Assembly (NCBI GenBank): GCA_038883715.1
Contig: JAVZLS010000001.1
Span: forward strand, 1-64,000
Direction of reading: 5' to 3'
Length of the DNA stretch: 64,000 nucleotides
From: Candidatus Bathyarchaeia archaeon
GTDB lineage: Archaea > Thermoproteota > Bathyarchaeia > Bathyarchaeales > Bathycorpusculaceae
This document shows, piece by piece, positions 27,565 through 38,184 of the stretch; the first letter of the stretch is position 1; each line of letters begins with the position of its first letter. The position numbers and the translations under genes are program-made. Under the pieces are notes generated by a model that did no database searches, was not told where the DNA came from, and saw only the letters and a list, made by a program, of their open reading frames with translations.

Positions 27565-28695
27565 CTAGCGTTTTATGTGAAACTTGTCTAAAATGTTTCT
27601 TGCTTTCTCCCGCTTCTTCCTATGGTCTTCGAGGAAACTGTTAATTCTATCCGTCAACTCGTTTTTGCATTCGCCGCACAAAATTTCCCCAGCCTTGCAT
27701 TGTCTCTCCCTCTCGGCAAGCTTATCGTCATCTTCCTCAAACATGAATAGGAAGTACTGAAAAACCGTGCATATGGACGGATCTCCACCCATTTTCCGCT
27801 GCTCCGCCACCGTTGGCTTACCACCAGTGAAGGCGTTCCAAACCTTGCGCTTGACAACTTCCGGCGGGTCTGTTGTGAATATGCATGTTTCGGGTTCTGA
27901 AGCGCTCATTTTCCCGCCAACGCCCAAGCCCGGAAGAAGGCGACAGTGAATCTGCGCTGGCTTATAATAGCCAAGCTTTGGAGCAACATCACGTGTAATC
28001 CGCCAATAGGGGTCTTGGTCTATGGCTGCAGGAATAAGCACCGGAACATTTTCGCCTGTTAGTTTGGCGTGGATGAAGCATGGGGCCGCCTGAATGGCTG
28101 GCCAGAAAACCCATCCAATGTTTGTGCTTTCTTGAAAGCCGAAAGTGGCTCTGGCTGTTGAGTAGGTTATGCGTTTGGCAACCTCCAAGGCTAAATCGTA
28201 CAGCAAGTCTATGTCCTGCACGTCATATATTATGAAGGTGTTTTCCGGCTTGAAGCCCAAGGCTATGAGGTCTAAAGCGTTCTCATAAGCGAAGTTTGTT
28301 GCCTCTTTAAGCTCCAACTCGTCCTTAACCAAGAATTTTTCGTCATCCGTCATTTGGAAATAGAGCCTCGTCTTGAAATGGTCTTGAAGGTGCTTTGTGA
28401 AAATCCAAGGAACCAAATGCCCCAAATGAACTGGGCCGGATGGACCCCGACCAGTGTATAACACAAATTTTGTTCCTTTCTCGTATAGGTCTAAGACAAC
28501 ATCTAGGTCGCGGTGCGAAAAGAAGAGGCCCCTCCGCAGTTGAAGGTGAAGCCCGCCTGTGTGTTTTGCCAGTTTTTGGATTAGCTCCGTTGTTAGGGGC
28601 TGGGTTCCAAACTCGCGGATTAGGCGTTCGTAGTCTACTTTGCCCCTAACCTCCCATGGAGTGACAACCATCTCGTTTCTTTCTTCGCCCACCAA
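27565..28695 (-). CDS. trpS: Tryptophanyl-tRNA synthetase
   Basis: YTGRGPS-HLGH, AIDQDPY, KMSAS. Confidence 0.96.
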   Translation of the reverse strand: MVGEERNEMVVTPWEVRGKVDYERLIREFGTQPLTTELIQKLAKHTGGLHLQLRRGLFFSHRDLDVVLDLYEKGTKFVLYTGRGPSGPVHLGHLVPWIFTKHLQDHFKTRLYFQMTDDEKFLVKDELELKEATNFAYENALDLIALGFKPENTFIIYDVQDIDLLYDLALEVAKRITYSTARATFGFQESTNIGWVFWPAIQAAPCFIHAKLTGENVPVLIPAAIDQDPYWRITRDVAPKLGYYKPAQIHCRLLPGLGVGGKMSASEPETCIFTTDPPEVVKRKVWNAFTGGKPTVAEQRKMGGDPSICTVFQYFLFMFEEDDDKLAERERQCKAGEILCGECKNELTDRINSFLEDHRKKREKARNILDKFHIKR

Positions 28696-28955
28696 TCTTT
28701 ACACTTTCCAAGCCTTTTCTGGCTTCCTTATACAATTCCCATAAGGCGTATTAAATTTTGTGAAAACGCCTACGGAATAAGCTATAAATATGGGTTGGCA
28801 TTTCCATTCAAATGCTGCTGGTGAAGGGATGCCCAGCCAATTTACATAAGAAGCGGCTTTGCTTTCGCTTTTAAAGGGCATAGTTTTAAAACTCTCCAGA
28901 GACTCTTATGTAAGCATCATAGCGCGCTAAACAGCTTAAACCATAATCTGGGTGT

Positions 28956-30470
28956 TTGAAGATGGTTGGTTTGCGGCTTCATGAAAGAAAAACCTTGATA
29001 GCACTGCGAGAGCTTGGCGGAAAAGCCTCTGTGGAAGACATAGCCGAAAAAAGTGGCTTGGCACACGCTGCTGTTATGAGAGCCGCCTTAACCCTTTCAG
29101 CGCGTAACCTTGTAAAAGTTCATGAACGGAAATGGAATGTCGCCACGTTAAATGAGGAAGGCGAGGGCTATGTGCAGTACGGCTTGCCAGAGCGGCGTCT
29201 TCTCCGCGCTTTGTTGAGGCTTGGCGGCGGGGCAGGTGTGGATGAAGCTGCCAGAGAGGCTGGTTTAGATGCTGGTCTTGTACCGATAGCTTTGGGCTGG
29301 CTGAAGAGGAAGGGCTGGGGAACAATTAGGGGCGAAAAATGTGAGTTAAATGTGGAAGCCGAGCCGCCGCTTGGGGGTGATGAGAAGCTTTTAGCCACAA
29401 TTTTCGAGAAGCGCTCCATCGCCGTTGAGGGTTTAAGCAGAGAGCAGAAAGAAGCCTTAGACATTATCCGAAGGCGCAAGCTTGTGGATTTAGAGGAGAA
29501 AACTTACCGCGAACTGGAGCTAACAGCGGAAGGATGGAAGACCGTCAAAAAAGGCTTAGAAATAGTTGAGGAAGTGACACAGCTAACCCCAGAACTCATA
29601 ATAACTGGGCGTTGGAAAAGCGTGAAACTCACAAGGTTCGATGTGGCGGCTCCTGGACCAGCCGTTTATCCTGGCAAGATGCACCCGCTTCAGCAGATTA
29701 TCAAGCGCGCCCGCGAAATCTTTTTGGAGATGGGCTTCACGGAAATTCGTGGCCCACTGGTGGAGACGGCCTTCTGGAACTTTGACGCTTTGTTTCAACC
29801 TCAAGACCATCCAGCCCGCGAAATGATGGACACTTTTTATTTGGCTAATCCGCAGACGGGACGGTTGCCATCCCGAAGGCTTGTGGAGGCTGTTGCAAAA
29901 ACCCATGAAGACGGTTGGGTTACCGGCTCTAAGGGTTGGCGTTACAAGTGGAATCCAGAAGAAGCCAAGAGGCTTGTTCTGCGAACCCACACCACAGCCG
30001 AAACAATAAAGTATTTGGCTACACGCAAAAAGCCACCAATAAAAGTTTTCTCCGTGGACAGAGTTTACAGGAACGAGCAGGTCACCTACAAGCACTTAGC
30101 CGAATTCCACCAGATTGAGGGCATAGTTGTCGACAAAAAAGTTACACTCCGCGATTTGATGGGAACTCTGAAAACCTTCTACACAAAGTTTGGCCTTGAA
30201 AAGATAGAGTTTTGGCCAAGCTACTTCCCTTATACGGAGCCTTCAGCTCAAGCTGTGGCTTACCATCCCAAGCTTAAGCGTTGGATAGAACTTTGCGGCA
30301 TGGGGATTTTCCGACCAGAAGTTTTGGCGCCCGTTGGCGTGAAATGTCCAGTTTTGGCTTGGGGAGGCGGACTGGAACGCCTTGCCATGATTGAGCTCGG
30401 CTTGGACGATGTTAGGCTGTTGTACGCGAATAATTTGGGATGGTTGAGGAGGACACCGCTATGCCAGTGA
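28956..30470 (+). CDS. pheS: Phenylalanyl-tRNA synthetase alpha subunit
   Basis: FWNFDALFQPQDHPARE, LRTHTT, YFPYTEPS. Confidence 0.96.
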   Translation: MKMVGLRLHERKTLIALRELGGKASVEDIAEKSGLAHAAVMRAALTLSARNLVKVHERKWNVATLNEEGEGYVQYGLPERRLLRALLRLGGGAGVDEAAREAGLDAGLVPIALGWLKRKGWGTIRGEKCELNVEAEPPLGGDEKLLATIFEKRSIAVEGLSREQKEALDIIRRRKLVDLEEKTYRELELTAEGWKTVKKGLEIVEEVTQLTPELIITGRWKSVKLTRFDVAAPGPAVYPGKMHPLQQIIKRAREIFLEMGFTEIRGPLVETAFWNFDALFQPQDHPAREMMDTFYLANPQTGRLPSRRLVEAVAKTHEDGWVTGSKGWRYKWNPEEAKRLVLRTHTTAETIKYLATRKKPPIKVFSVDRVYRNEQVTYKHLAEFHQIEGIVVDKKVTLRDLMGTLKTFYTKFGLEKIEFWPSYFPYTEPSAQAVAYHPKLKRWIELCGMGIFRPEVLAPVGVKCPVLAWGGGLERLAMIELGLDDVRLLYANNLGWLRRTPLCQ

Positions 30471-32128
30471 TAACACTTCGTGTTGAACGTTTTTCAAGGT
30501 TTTTGGGCAAGCCTGTGACCGTTGAAGACTTGACAAAGTGGCTTCCATGGATAGGCTTCGACTTAGAAGAGATTAGCGAAGACTATGTGAAGGCTGAGTA
30601 TAACCCAAACCGCATAGACTTCTGCAGCTATGCGGGCGTGGCCCGCGCATTAAAAGGCTTCTTGGAACTGGAGACTGGAATGCCAAAATACCATGCGGAA
30701 GAGCCCAAAACAACACTTAGAGTGGACGGCGCCGTTGCCACTGTTAGGCCATACATGCTTGCCGCCATAGTTCGAGATGTAAAGCTGGATGAAGGCGCTG
30801 TTGTTGAGCTAATGGATATGCAGGAAGACCTCCACTGGGGGGTTGGCAGAGACCGTAAAAAGGCGTCTATCGGCATCCACAACTTGGACGTTGTTGAGCC
30901 GCCCTTCACTTATACCGCTGTGGAACCAACAAGCGTCAAATTTGTTCCCCTTGGCAAAACAGAGGAGATGACACCCAAAGAGATTCTTGAAAAACATGAG
31001 AAGGGTGTGGCTTACCGCCACCTAATCGACTGGTCGCCAAAATACCCACTGTTAATCGATAGGCATGGGCAAGTTTTGTCAATGCCGCCAATAATAAACG
31101 GTGAACTTACAAGAGTAGACGCCAATACGCGCAATCTCTTTTTGGATGTTACTGGACCAAATTTTGAGGCTGTGGAGAAAAGTCTAAAAGTTTTGGCGAC
31201 CGCCCTAGCCGACATGGGCGGCAAACTTGAAAAGGTTATTGTGCATTATCCAGACCGAACGGTGGTTTCGCCGAATCTTGAACCAGAAAAGATGAGGCTT
31301 AGGCTGAGCTACGCCAACCGGATGTTGGGCTTAAGACTTTCAGAGGCTGAAGCCATAAAATGCCTGCAAAAGTGTCGATTGGACGCGGAAACCATTGAAA
31401 AGGGCGTTTTGGAAGCTGCCATTCCACCCTACCGCATTGACATAATGCATGAAATAGACCTCGTCGAGGAGGTCGCCATAGGCTACGGCTACTACCGCCT
31501 AGAACCAACAATGCCCACCACAGTGACTGTTGGCGAAAAGCACCCGGCCAACAAGTTGGCAGACACCGTACGCCAAATAATGACCGGTTTAGGCTTCTTG
31601 GAAGTTATGAACTTCACCCTAACAAACGAACGCGTCCACTACGAGCTTATGAGGCTTAAACCAGAAAACCCGGTGCGTCTCGCAAACCCAGTGTCAGCCG
31701 AATACACAATAATGAGGGAGATGCTCTTACCAGGACTTTTGAAGAACCTAGCGGAAAACAAGCATGAAAGCTACCCCCAAAAGCTTTTTGAAGTTTCAGA
31801 CGTGGCAAAAATAAACCGCCGCCAAGAAACCATGTGCGAAAGATGTTTACATATGGCAGCAGTGATATCCCACTCAACAGCCAACTACACAGAAATAAAA
31901 TCCACATGCGAGGCTCTCCTTGCCAACCTAGGCTTAACAAACTGGCAAATAAAAGTGGCAAAACATCCAAGCTTCCTGCAAGGCAGAACAGCCGCTATCC
32001 ACATTGGGAAAAAGCGAATAGGGATTCTAGGCGAAGTCCACCCACAAGTCCTAAACAACTTTGAACTGGAAAACCCAACAGCAGCCCTCGAAATAGACCT
32101 AGAATGGGCCAAAGCGCTAAAAATCTAG
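30461..32128 (+). CDS. pheT: Phenylalanyl-tRNA synthetase beta subunit
   Basis: MPVI start, PNRID, RIDIMHEIDLVEEVAIGYGY. Confidence 0.95.
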   Translation: MPVITLRVERFSRFLGKPVTVEDLTKWLPWIGFDLEEISEDYVKAEYNPNRIDFCSYAGVARALKGFLELETGMPKYHAEEPKTTLRVDGAVATVRPYMLAAIVRDVKLDEGAVVELMDMQEDLHWGVGRDRKKASIGIHNLDVVEPPFTYTAVEPTSVKFVPLGKTEEMTPKEILEKHEKGVAYRHLIDWSPKYPLLIDRHGQVLSMPPIINGELTRVDANTRNLFLDVTGPNFEAVEKSLKVLATALADMGGKLEKVIVHYPDRTVVSPNLEPEKMRLRLSYANRMLGLRLSEAEAIKCLQKCRLDAETIEKGVLEAAIPPYRIDIMHEIDLVEEVAIGYGYYRLEPTMPTTVTVGEKHPANKLADTVRQIMTGLGFLEVMNFTLTNERVHYELMRLKPENPVRLANPVSAEYTIMREMLLPGLLKNLAENKHESYPQKLFEVSDVAKINRRQETMCERCLHMAAVISHSTANYTEIKSTCEALLANLGLTNWQIKVAKHPSFLQGRTAAIHIGKKRIGILGEVHPQVLNNFELENPTAALEIDLEWAKALKI

Positions 32129-32167
32129 AGAGGGGTATCCAATTCTAGCAACAACCCACAACCTAAA
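32125..32167 (+). repeat. Dispersed ~43-bp repeat, copy 1 (contains the pheT stop)
   Basis: Matches reverse complement of 54542-54583 with 2 mismatches and 1 indel. Confidence 0.8.
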
Positions 32168-32335
32168 ATTGGCGCACGGGTGTAACGATGACTACCCATA
32201 ACTTTCTGAATGGTTTGTTTAGAAATGTAGAAGAACAAAATAGCCCTCGTAATTCCTCTCCTCAATAGAATAGAAGATTTTTCCGAAAATTTTAAGCCAA
32301 CATCGATAGATTAATGACCGAGGAGATGGGAAAGA

Positions 32336-32812
32336 ATGAAGGTTGCAAGTGAAAAATGGAAGAAGATATTTGAAGGACATAGGCTTGAAATTCTGGTGGT
32401 ATCTATTTGCGTTTTACTGTCGGCCTCAATAATAGTTTACGCCTTGAATTACCTTTGGTCTGGTTCAGTTGGTGCTACAATCACCACAGAAGTGGAAAAC
32501 ATCAAAGTTTATGATCAGCTTGGAAATGAGGTGACTTCAATAAACTTCGGCAATTTAAATCCAAGCTCAATTATAAGCGTGACATTAAAAATAAAGAATA
32601 TTAGCCCAAACGCAACAATCACAATAACTTGGGAGTCAACCGCTTCGAGCGTCACTAACAACAAAATAACAGACTATTGGACATACGGCGGAAACAATCT
32701 TCATGTGTCGCTATCTCCAGGTCAAGAAATAACAACCACCTATAGAATTTATGTTGCTTCGGATTGCCCATTGCAATCCTATTCTTGGACACTTTACATT
32801 ATACCTGGATAA
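32336..32812 (+). CDS. Secreted beta-rich protein, TasA/bundling-pilin-like (tentative)
   Basis: Signal peptide; INFGNLNP..VTLKIKN motif. Confidence 0.65.
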   Translation: MKVASEKWKKIFEGHRLEILVVSICVLLSASIIVYALNYLWSGSVGATITTEVENIKVYDQLGNEVTSINFGNLNPSSIISVTLKIKNISPNATITITWESTASSVTNNKITDYWTYGGNNLHVSLSPGQEITTTYRIYVASDCPLQSYSWTLYIIPG

Positions 32813-32839
32813 AAATATCCAAGAAGCGCGGGGCTTTAA

Positions 32840-34324
32840 ATGGATCGCAAGACTACAATAGTGACATGTGCAATTCTTATTCTAATCTTTATCAGCGCTA
32901 CAGTTTACGGTGCTTTTGTAAGTCTTTGGAGAGCTTCTGTAACTGTCACCGTTACGGCTGCATCCTTTAAAAAAAGTCTGCAGATTCTTACAAGACCTTA
33001 CGTGCCAATCGCAAATTTAACCGTCAACTATGAATTAATTGGCCAAAGTGGCGGAGAAAATGTTTATAGAATAACTGGGATTCAATTACGTTTAATAGGG
33101 TATACCGGCTACTACCGAGTTTTTATCCGCGATTCCAACAAAAACATAATCTGGTCAACATGGGGTTTCTGCGGAACAGGTTTTATCAAGAGTTTTACGC
33201 CTACATCAAATGTTAAAAGTTCATACGAGATAGGCATATCAATTAAAGGGGTAGACGATATCGCTGCGATTGTAAAACCATTTCTTAAATTCACAGACTG
33301 GTATGTGGAAGCCGCAGAGAAGCTGAGTGAAAACTCGTTCCTCCTATCACTTATTCTCGATGTTATCAGCAATCTAGCCGATATGCTCAAACCAGAAGAC
33401 GTCGACTTATGGAAAGCCACTCCAGTAGCTGTCGCCAAATCTTCCGCGGCTCAATTTGACCCGGAAACTCCGCAATGGTCGGAACCAACAAGTTTGGCCA
33501 GTCTCCTTCTGTCCTACTTACACAGCCCCGGCGAGTTGAGAGTTTACGATTCCATTGGACGTGTAACAGGCCTAATTAGTGGGGAAATTGTAGAGGAAAT
33601 ACCAAACTCAGTATACTTTAACAACACCGTAATTATATTTCCAGCAAATGATTCATACATTTATGAAGTTGCAGGTATAGAAGAAGGAGTATACGGAATC
33701 GTCACAGCTCATATCCCAGAAGAAGAAGGCAGCGCGTTCATCGCCGGAGACATACCTGTTTCATCAAGCACCATACACCAATTCATCATCGATTGGGCTG
33801 CCCTTACCCTGAATGAAGGAGGCGTAATTGTGAAGGATGACTCTAATGCAGATGGAATTTTCGAGCGCATTTTTGCTTCGGATAATGAACTGGACCAAGA
33901 GGAGTTTGAATTAGCCGCTATAAGATTTCAGGCAATTTGGGAAAACATTTCCTATTCAGTGTTCATTTCAACCAACTCAACCGTGTCAAACTTCGCTTTC
34001 AATCAGAACCAAGCAATTGTCCGCTTTAATCTAAAAGGGACATCCGGTTCGCACGGCTACTGTAACGTCACTATCCCAGCGACGCTTCTTAAAGGAGAGC
34101 CGTGGGCTGTCTTGTTAAATGGAACAAACTGGAGTTTTACAGCGACACAAAATGAAACCCATAGCTTCATACGCTTCAATTATACTCACACGAGCACATA
34201 CGAAGTTATAATTCAGGGAACATGGGTCGTGCCAGAATTTCCATCAACTCCAGTTTTACTATCCTTTATCCTTATGATCTCCACCACAATAATTCTGCTG
34301 AAGAAAAGAAGGCAAAAACTCTAA
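32840..34324 (+). CDS. Surface protein with C-terminal PEF-CTERM sorting signal
   Basis: Signal peptide; VVPEF + TM + KKRRQK tail. Confidence 0.85.
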   Translation: MDRKTTIVTCAILILIFISATVYGAFVSLWRASVTVTVTAASFKKSLQILTRPYVPIANLTVNYELIGQSGGENVYRITGIQLRLIGYTGYYRVFIRDSNKNIIWSTWGFCGTGFIKSFTPTSNVKSSYEIGISIKGVDDIAAIVKPFLKFTDWYVEAAEKLSENSFLLSLILDVISNLADMLKPEDVDLWKATPVAVAKSSAAQFDPETPQWSEPTSLASLLLSYLHSPGELRVYDSIGRVTGLISGEIVEEIPNSVYFNNTVIIFPANDSYIYEVAGIEEGVYGIVTAHIPEEEGSAFIAGDIPVSSSTIHQFIIDWAALTLNEGGVIVKDDSNADGIFERIFASDNELDQEEFELAAIRFQAIWENISYSVFISTNSTVSNFAFNQNQAIVRFNLKGTSGSHGYCNVTIPATLLKGEPWAVLLNGTNWSFTATQNETHSFIRFNYTHTSTYEVIIQGTWVVPEFPSTPVLLSFILMISTTIILLKKRRQKL

Positions 34325-34590
34325 ACACCCCAAACTTTTTCCCATTAAATTATTGCTAAAAGTGAAATGACACCAGTTAAGCTCGTTGAAGACCTAACAG
34401 AAATAGGATAGAGCTTTTGCCCTTAACAATACCAGTGTCCTTTCAAAATTTCTAGAAAGGCTACCCCCAAAATCTAGAAGGATATTAACTCATTATCTTT
34501 ACATTTGGCTGCATTAAATTTATCTTCACGTTATATAATAGCCCCTCAACAGAAGTAAACGCAATTCATATTGCTTTCTTCAAAGTCGAA

Positions 34591-34895
34591 GCAAAGAGAA
34601 TAGCGCATAAACTTGCTAATCCAAGGCGTTAAAGAATATCATTTCATACTTTGCATCATTGGAAAGTCACAATGGAATACGCAAAAACAAAGGACATACT
34701 ACATGTCATGCGCATGCTGGGACATAAAACATAAAGAACACCCTAATTTACACCCATCTTGTTGAAGGCTTAAGAGAAGACGAGTTCACATGTAAAGTGG
34801 CACGCACGCCTGAAGAAACTATCCAGCTTATAGAGGCCGGATTCGAATATGTCTGCAGTGACGGCGACCTAAAATACTTCAGAAAAAGGAAGTGA
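34591..34895 (+). pseudogene. Degraded tyrosine integrase C-terminal fragment
   Basis: RIAHKLANPRR*RISFHTLHHW...LGHK/(frameshift)IKNTLIYTHL...FRKRK*; in-frame stop and 1-bp frameshift; abuts tRNA-Met 3' end. Confidence 0.85.
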
Positions 34896-34933
34896 GCGGA
34901 ATGTCGTGGACTCATTCCAAACTATATAAAGAA

Positions 34934-35043
34934 TGCCGGGGGCGGGATTTGAGCCCGCGACCTCCAGATCTCTTATCTTCTGAGCCCCATTCAAGCCTTT
35001 TGATTATGAGTCTGGCGCCCATTCCAGGCTAGGCTACCCCGGC
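34934..35043 (-). tRNA. tRNA-Met(CAT), elongator-like, with 35-nt intron at 37/38
   Basis: GCCGGGG/CCCCGGC acceptor, CCAGA-CT-CAT-A[intron]A-TCTGG; Ile2 identity not fully excluded. Confidence 0.88.
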
Positions 35044-35080
35044 ACCACCACTTCAATAATCAGATGAAAGTTGCTTCTTG

Positions 35081-35791
35081 TTATTTCTTTCGCTTCAGCC
35101 TTTCAACTCCGTCACGTTTTCCGAGGTAAACCAGATCAGCCATATCCACGAAAAGTCCAGTCTCCACTATTCCAGGAACCATTTTCAGCTTCTTCTCTAA
35201 TTCTGTCGGATTCTTTATTAATCCGAAGTCCACGTCTATTATGAAGTTGCCATTGTCTGTTATAATTGGGCCGACTTTTCCGCTGCCTTCTCTTATTTTC
35301 GGCCTTCCGCCTAACGCGCTTAATTTCTGTGCTACAAAGGATGCGGCGAAGGGTAAAACTTCTATTGGTAGTCTTTGGCCATTTTCGCCTAAGATTTTGG
35401 CTTTCTTTCTCTCATCCGCTATTATTATTAGGGTTTTGGATGCCGCAGCAACTATTTTTTCGCGGGTTAGGGCGCCGCCCATGCCCTTAATTAGGTTTAG
35501 ATTTTCGTCTATTTGGTCTGCTCCATCTATTGTCAAGTCTATTGTGGGGTTCTCCTCTAATGTCGTTGTTGGAATGCCATTCTTTACTGCCAGCATAAGG
35601 GCTTGGTATGATGTTGGCACTGCCTTTACACGTAATTTGTTGGCTCTTATTCTTTTTCCAATTTCTTCGGCGGCGTAGGCTACTGTGCTTCCGCTGCCGA
35701 GCCCTAATACAAATCCGTCTTTAACGTGTTTGACTGCTTCTAGTGCGGCATTCCTCTTTGCCTTTTCCACATCTTCTTCTCTAAGTTTCAA
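35081..35791 (-). CDS. rpiA: Ribose-5-phosphate isomerase A
   Basis: GLGSGST, DGADQ, KGMGGALTREK, TDNGN. Confidence 0.96.
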   Translation of the reverse strand: MKLREEDVEKAKRNAALEAVKHVKDGFVLGLGSGSTVAYAAEEIGKRIRANKLRVKAVPTSYQALMLAVKNGIPTTTLEENPTIDLTIDGADQIDENLNLIKGMGGALTREKIVAAASKTLIIIADERKKAKILGENGQRLPIEVLPFAASFVAQKLSALGGRPKIREGSGKVGPIITDNGNFIIDVDFGLIKNPTELEKKLKMVPGIVETGLFVDMADLVYLGKRDGVERLKRKK

Positions 35792-36491
35792 TTTCCATCT
35801 GCCCCAGTCTTTCCAGAACTTTTTCCACTTCGGCTCTAATCTCTTCTATGCGCTTTTCAGCTTCAGTCCTCGGAGAGGGCTTGGCGGGTGGTTTCCTCCT
35901 CTTTTTCGCTTTTTCTTCAGTTTCCGCTGCTTCTGGTTTTTCCTCAATCTCCGTGGGTTTCGCCGGTTTTGGTGCCGGTATTGTTATCTCCTTCACTGGT
36001 TTGGCCTCAACCTTTGAGCGGAGTTCCTCGATTTTTGAGCTTATCTCGTCAAAGCGTTCGCTGAAAAGTTTTATTAGGTCTTCCTGCATGGCTTCAAGCT
36101 CATGTAAGGCCACAAGAGACTCGTCCTTTGCAATAGCCTCCTTAACGATCATCATTCGCTCCTTATATGTTTGGGCGAGTCTATCCCGCTCTTCCTCAGT
36201 TATTTTGCCCTCGGCATGAGCCTCGTAAAGCTTCCTTATGGCGTCGCTTAAAATCTCCCTCTCCAAGTCCAGTATCCTAAGCTCTTCTCTGGCGCGGGCA
36301 GCCTCCTCCGGAGAAACAGTCTTAACAATTTTAAATGGCAAAGCCTCCTCAGGCTTAACTTCAATTTTTTCGGAAGCTTTCTTCTCCCCCTTCCCCCTCC
36401 GCCCCATAGCGTAAAAAACTATCAGAAGGGCAGCAACCACTCCCACCACTGCTATTACGAGCGCGTAGGTTTGGGGCTCATCAAGGGGCAA
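35781..36491 (-). CDS. Membrane-anchored coiled-coil hypothetical protein
   Basis: N-terminal TM, Glu/Lys-rich helices. Confidence 0.75.
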   Translation of the reverse strand: MPLDEPQTYALVIAVVGVVAALLIVFYAMGRRGKGEKKASEKIEVKPEEALPFKIVKTVSPEEAARAREELRILDLEREILSDAIRKLYEAHAEGKITEEERDRLAQTYKERMMIVKEAIAKDESLVALHELEAMQEDLIKLFSERFDEISSKIEELRSKVEAKPVKEITIPAPKPAKPTEIEEKPEAAETEEKAKKRRKPPAKPSPRTEAEKRIEEIRAEVEKVLERLGQMEIET

Positions 36492-36611
36492 AAAGCTTCT
36501 CCCTCTTAATCTCCATTAGAGTTTCTTTTTGGATATATAAATTATCCAGAGCATGGTACATGTGAAACTTTATAACTTTTGAGATCTAAAATTGAGGGCT
36601 AGGTGTAGTAT

Positions 36612-38033
36612 ATGAATCGAGAGAAAGTTTTTAAATATATCGAAGACCATTTTGAGGAGCATCTTGGACGATTGCAGGAGCTTGTCAGACAGCCTTCCAT
36701 ATCAGCTGAAAACCTTGGAATACGTGAATGTGCAACCCTCCTCAGGGATTATTTGAAGCGTTTGGGCTGTAAGGACGCTCGTCTTGTGGAGACTTCTGGC
36801 AATCCAGTGGTTTACGGATATTATGATGCTGGCGCCGATAAAACAGTCATAATTTACATGATGTATGACACACAGCCAGTGGACGAGCCTGGCTGGACTG
36901 TTCCGCCACTGGAAGGACGTGTTGTTGAGATGCCGCCTTTTGGAAAATGCCTTGTCGCCAGAGGCGCCATAAACACTAAAGGGGAGCTCGGCGCCTTTTT
37001 GAATGCTTGTGAATCTATAACAGCTGTTGGCGAAGAAATTCCGCTTAACTTAATTTTTGTGGCTGAAGGCGAAGAAGAGCTTGGAAGCCGCCACCTACCG
37101 GAGTTCATAAATGAGTACTTGAATGTTTTGAAGGAGGCGGATGCTGTTTTCTTCCCAACAGCCGACCAAGACGAAAAAGGCAAGGTTCAAATGACATTGG
37201 GCGTCAAGGGAATAGTCTATTTCGAACTTGAGCTCGACGGGAAAAGTTGGGGTTACGGACCAACAGAGTTTGACATCCATGGCAGCAACAAGGCTTGGGT
37301 TGACAGCCCAGCGCTGCGCATGATACAGGCCCTCAGCACCTTTACATCAAAGGATGGAAATAAGGTCTTGGTTGAAGGCTTCTACGACAATGTTGCTCCT
37401 CCAAGTCCTGAAGACATGGAATTAATAGAGAAGCTGGAAAAGACCTTCGATGAAGAAACCATCAAAAAAGAGATGAAGGTTGAGCGTTTTATCGACGACG
37501 TTCATGGAAAAGAGGCGCTGCTAAAATATCTCTATTCGCCAACTCTAAACATTGATGGCATATGGAGCGGCTACATTGGCCCAGGCACTAAAACCGTTTT
37601 ACCCCACAAAATAACTGTAAAAATAGATGTTCGCTTAGTGCCAAACATGACTGTTGAAGAAGTTATACCAAAGATAAGGAGACACTTGGACAAACATGGC
37701 TTCAAGGAGATAAAAATAATTCAGCTTGAAGAAGGGTATGGATGGGCAAAAACAAGTGTGCGCGAACCAGCCGCCCAAGCTGTTATAAAGACCTACCGCG
37801 AGTTCGGCTACGAACCCGAAATATGGCCCCACATGGCTGGAAGCGCACCCTTCTGTATGTTCAACAGAGAGCCACTAAACCTTCCATTCGTTGAGGGAGG
37901 CATAGGCCACGGCGGAAGAGCCCATGCACCAAACGAATACATAGTCGTTGGGGAGGAGGGACCAACGGGAGGCCTAATAACCCTCGAGAAATCCTATGTT
38001 GCCATATTGGATAATCTCTCAAAAATGTTATGA
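36612..38033 (+). CDS. M20 family metallopeptidase/amidohydrolase
   Basis: YDTQP, EGEEELGS, HGS, AHAPNE. Confidence 0.9.
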   Translation: MNREKVFKYIEDHFEEHLGRLQELVRQPSISAENLGIRECATLLRDYLKRLGCKDARLVETSGNPVVYGYYDAGADKTVIIYMMYDTQPVDEPGWTVPPLEGRVVEMPPFGKCLVARGAINTKGELGAFLNACESITAVGEEIPLNLIFVAEGEEELGSRHLPEFINEYLNVLKEADAVFFPTADQDEKGKVQMTLGVKGIVYFELELDGKSWGYGPTEFDIHGSNKAWVDSPALRMIQALSTFTSKDGNKVLVEGFYDNVAPPSPEDMELIEKLEKTFDEETIKKEMKVERFIDDVHGKEALLKYLYSPTLNIDGIWSGYIGPGTKTVLPHKITVKIDVRLVPNMTVEEVIPKIRRHLDKHGFKEIKIIQLEEGYGWAKTSVREPAAQAVIKTYREFGYEPEIWPHMAGSAPFCMFNREPLNLPFVEGGIGHGGRAHAPNEYIVVGEEGPTGGLITLEKSYVAILDNLSKML

Positions 38034-38096
38034 AAGCCAAGAAAACTTAATAAATCAACATTTTCCTTCTATTCATCTTGGCATCTCGCCCTAAAA

Positions 38097-38174
38097 GCCC
38101 TGGTAGTATAGTCCGGTCTAGTATAGGCGGCTGTCGCCCGCCCGACCCGGGTTCAAATCCCGGCCAGGGCGCCA
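38097..38174 (+). tRNA. tRNA-Asp(GTC), encoded CCA
   Basis: GCCCTGG/CCAGGGC, GGCGG-CT-GTC-GC-CCGCC, GGTTCAAATCC. Confidence 0.96.
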
Positions 38175-38184
38175 AAACCAAAAA

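Noticed and set aside
32129-32335. Second att copy for the tRNA-Met island
   Set aside because: No duplicate of the tRNA-Met 3' end found by eye; likewise none for tRNA-Trp or tRNA-Asp
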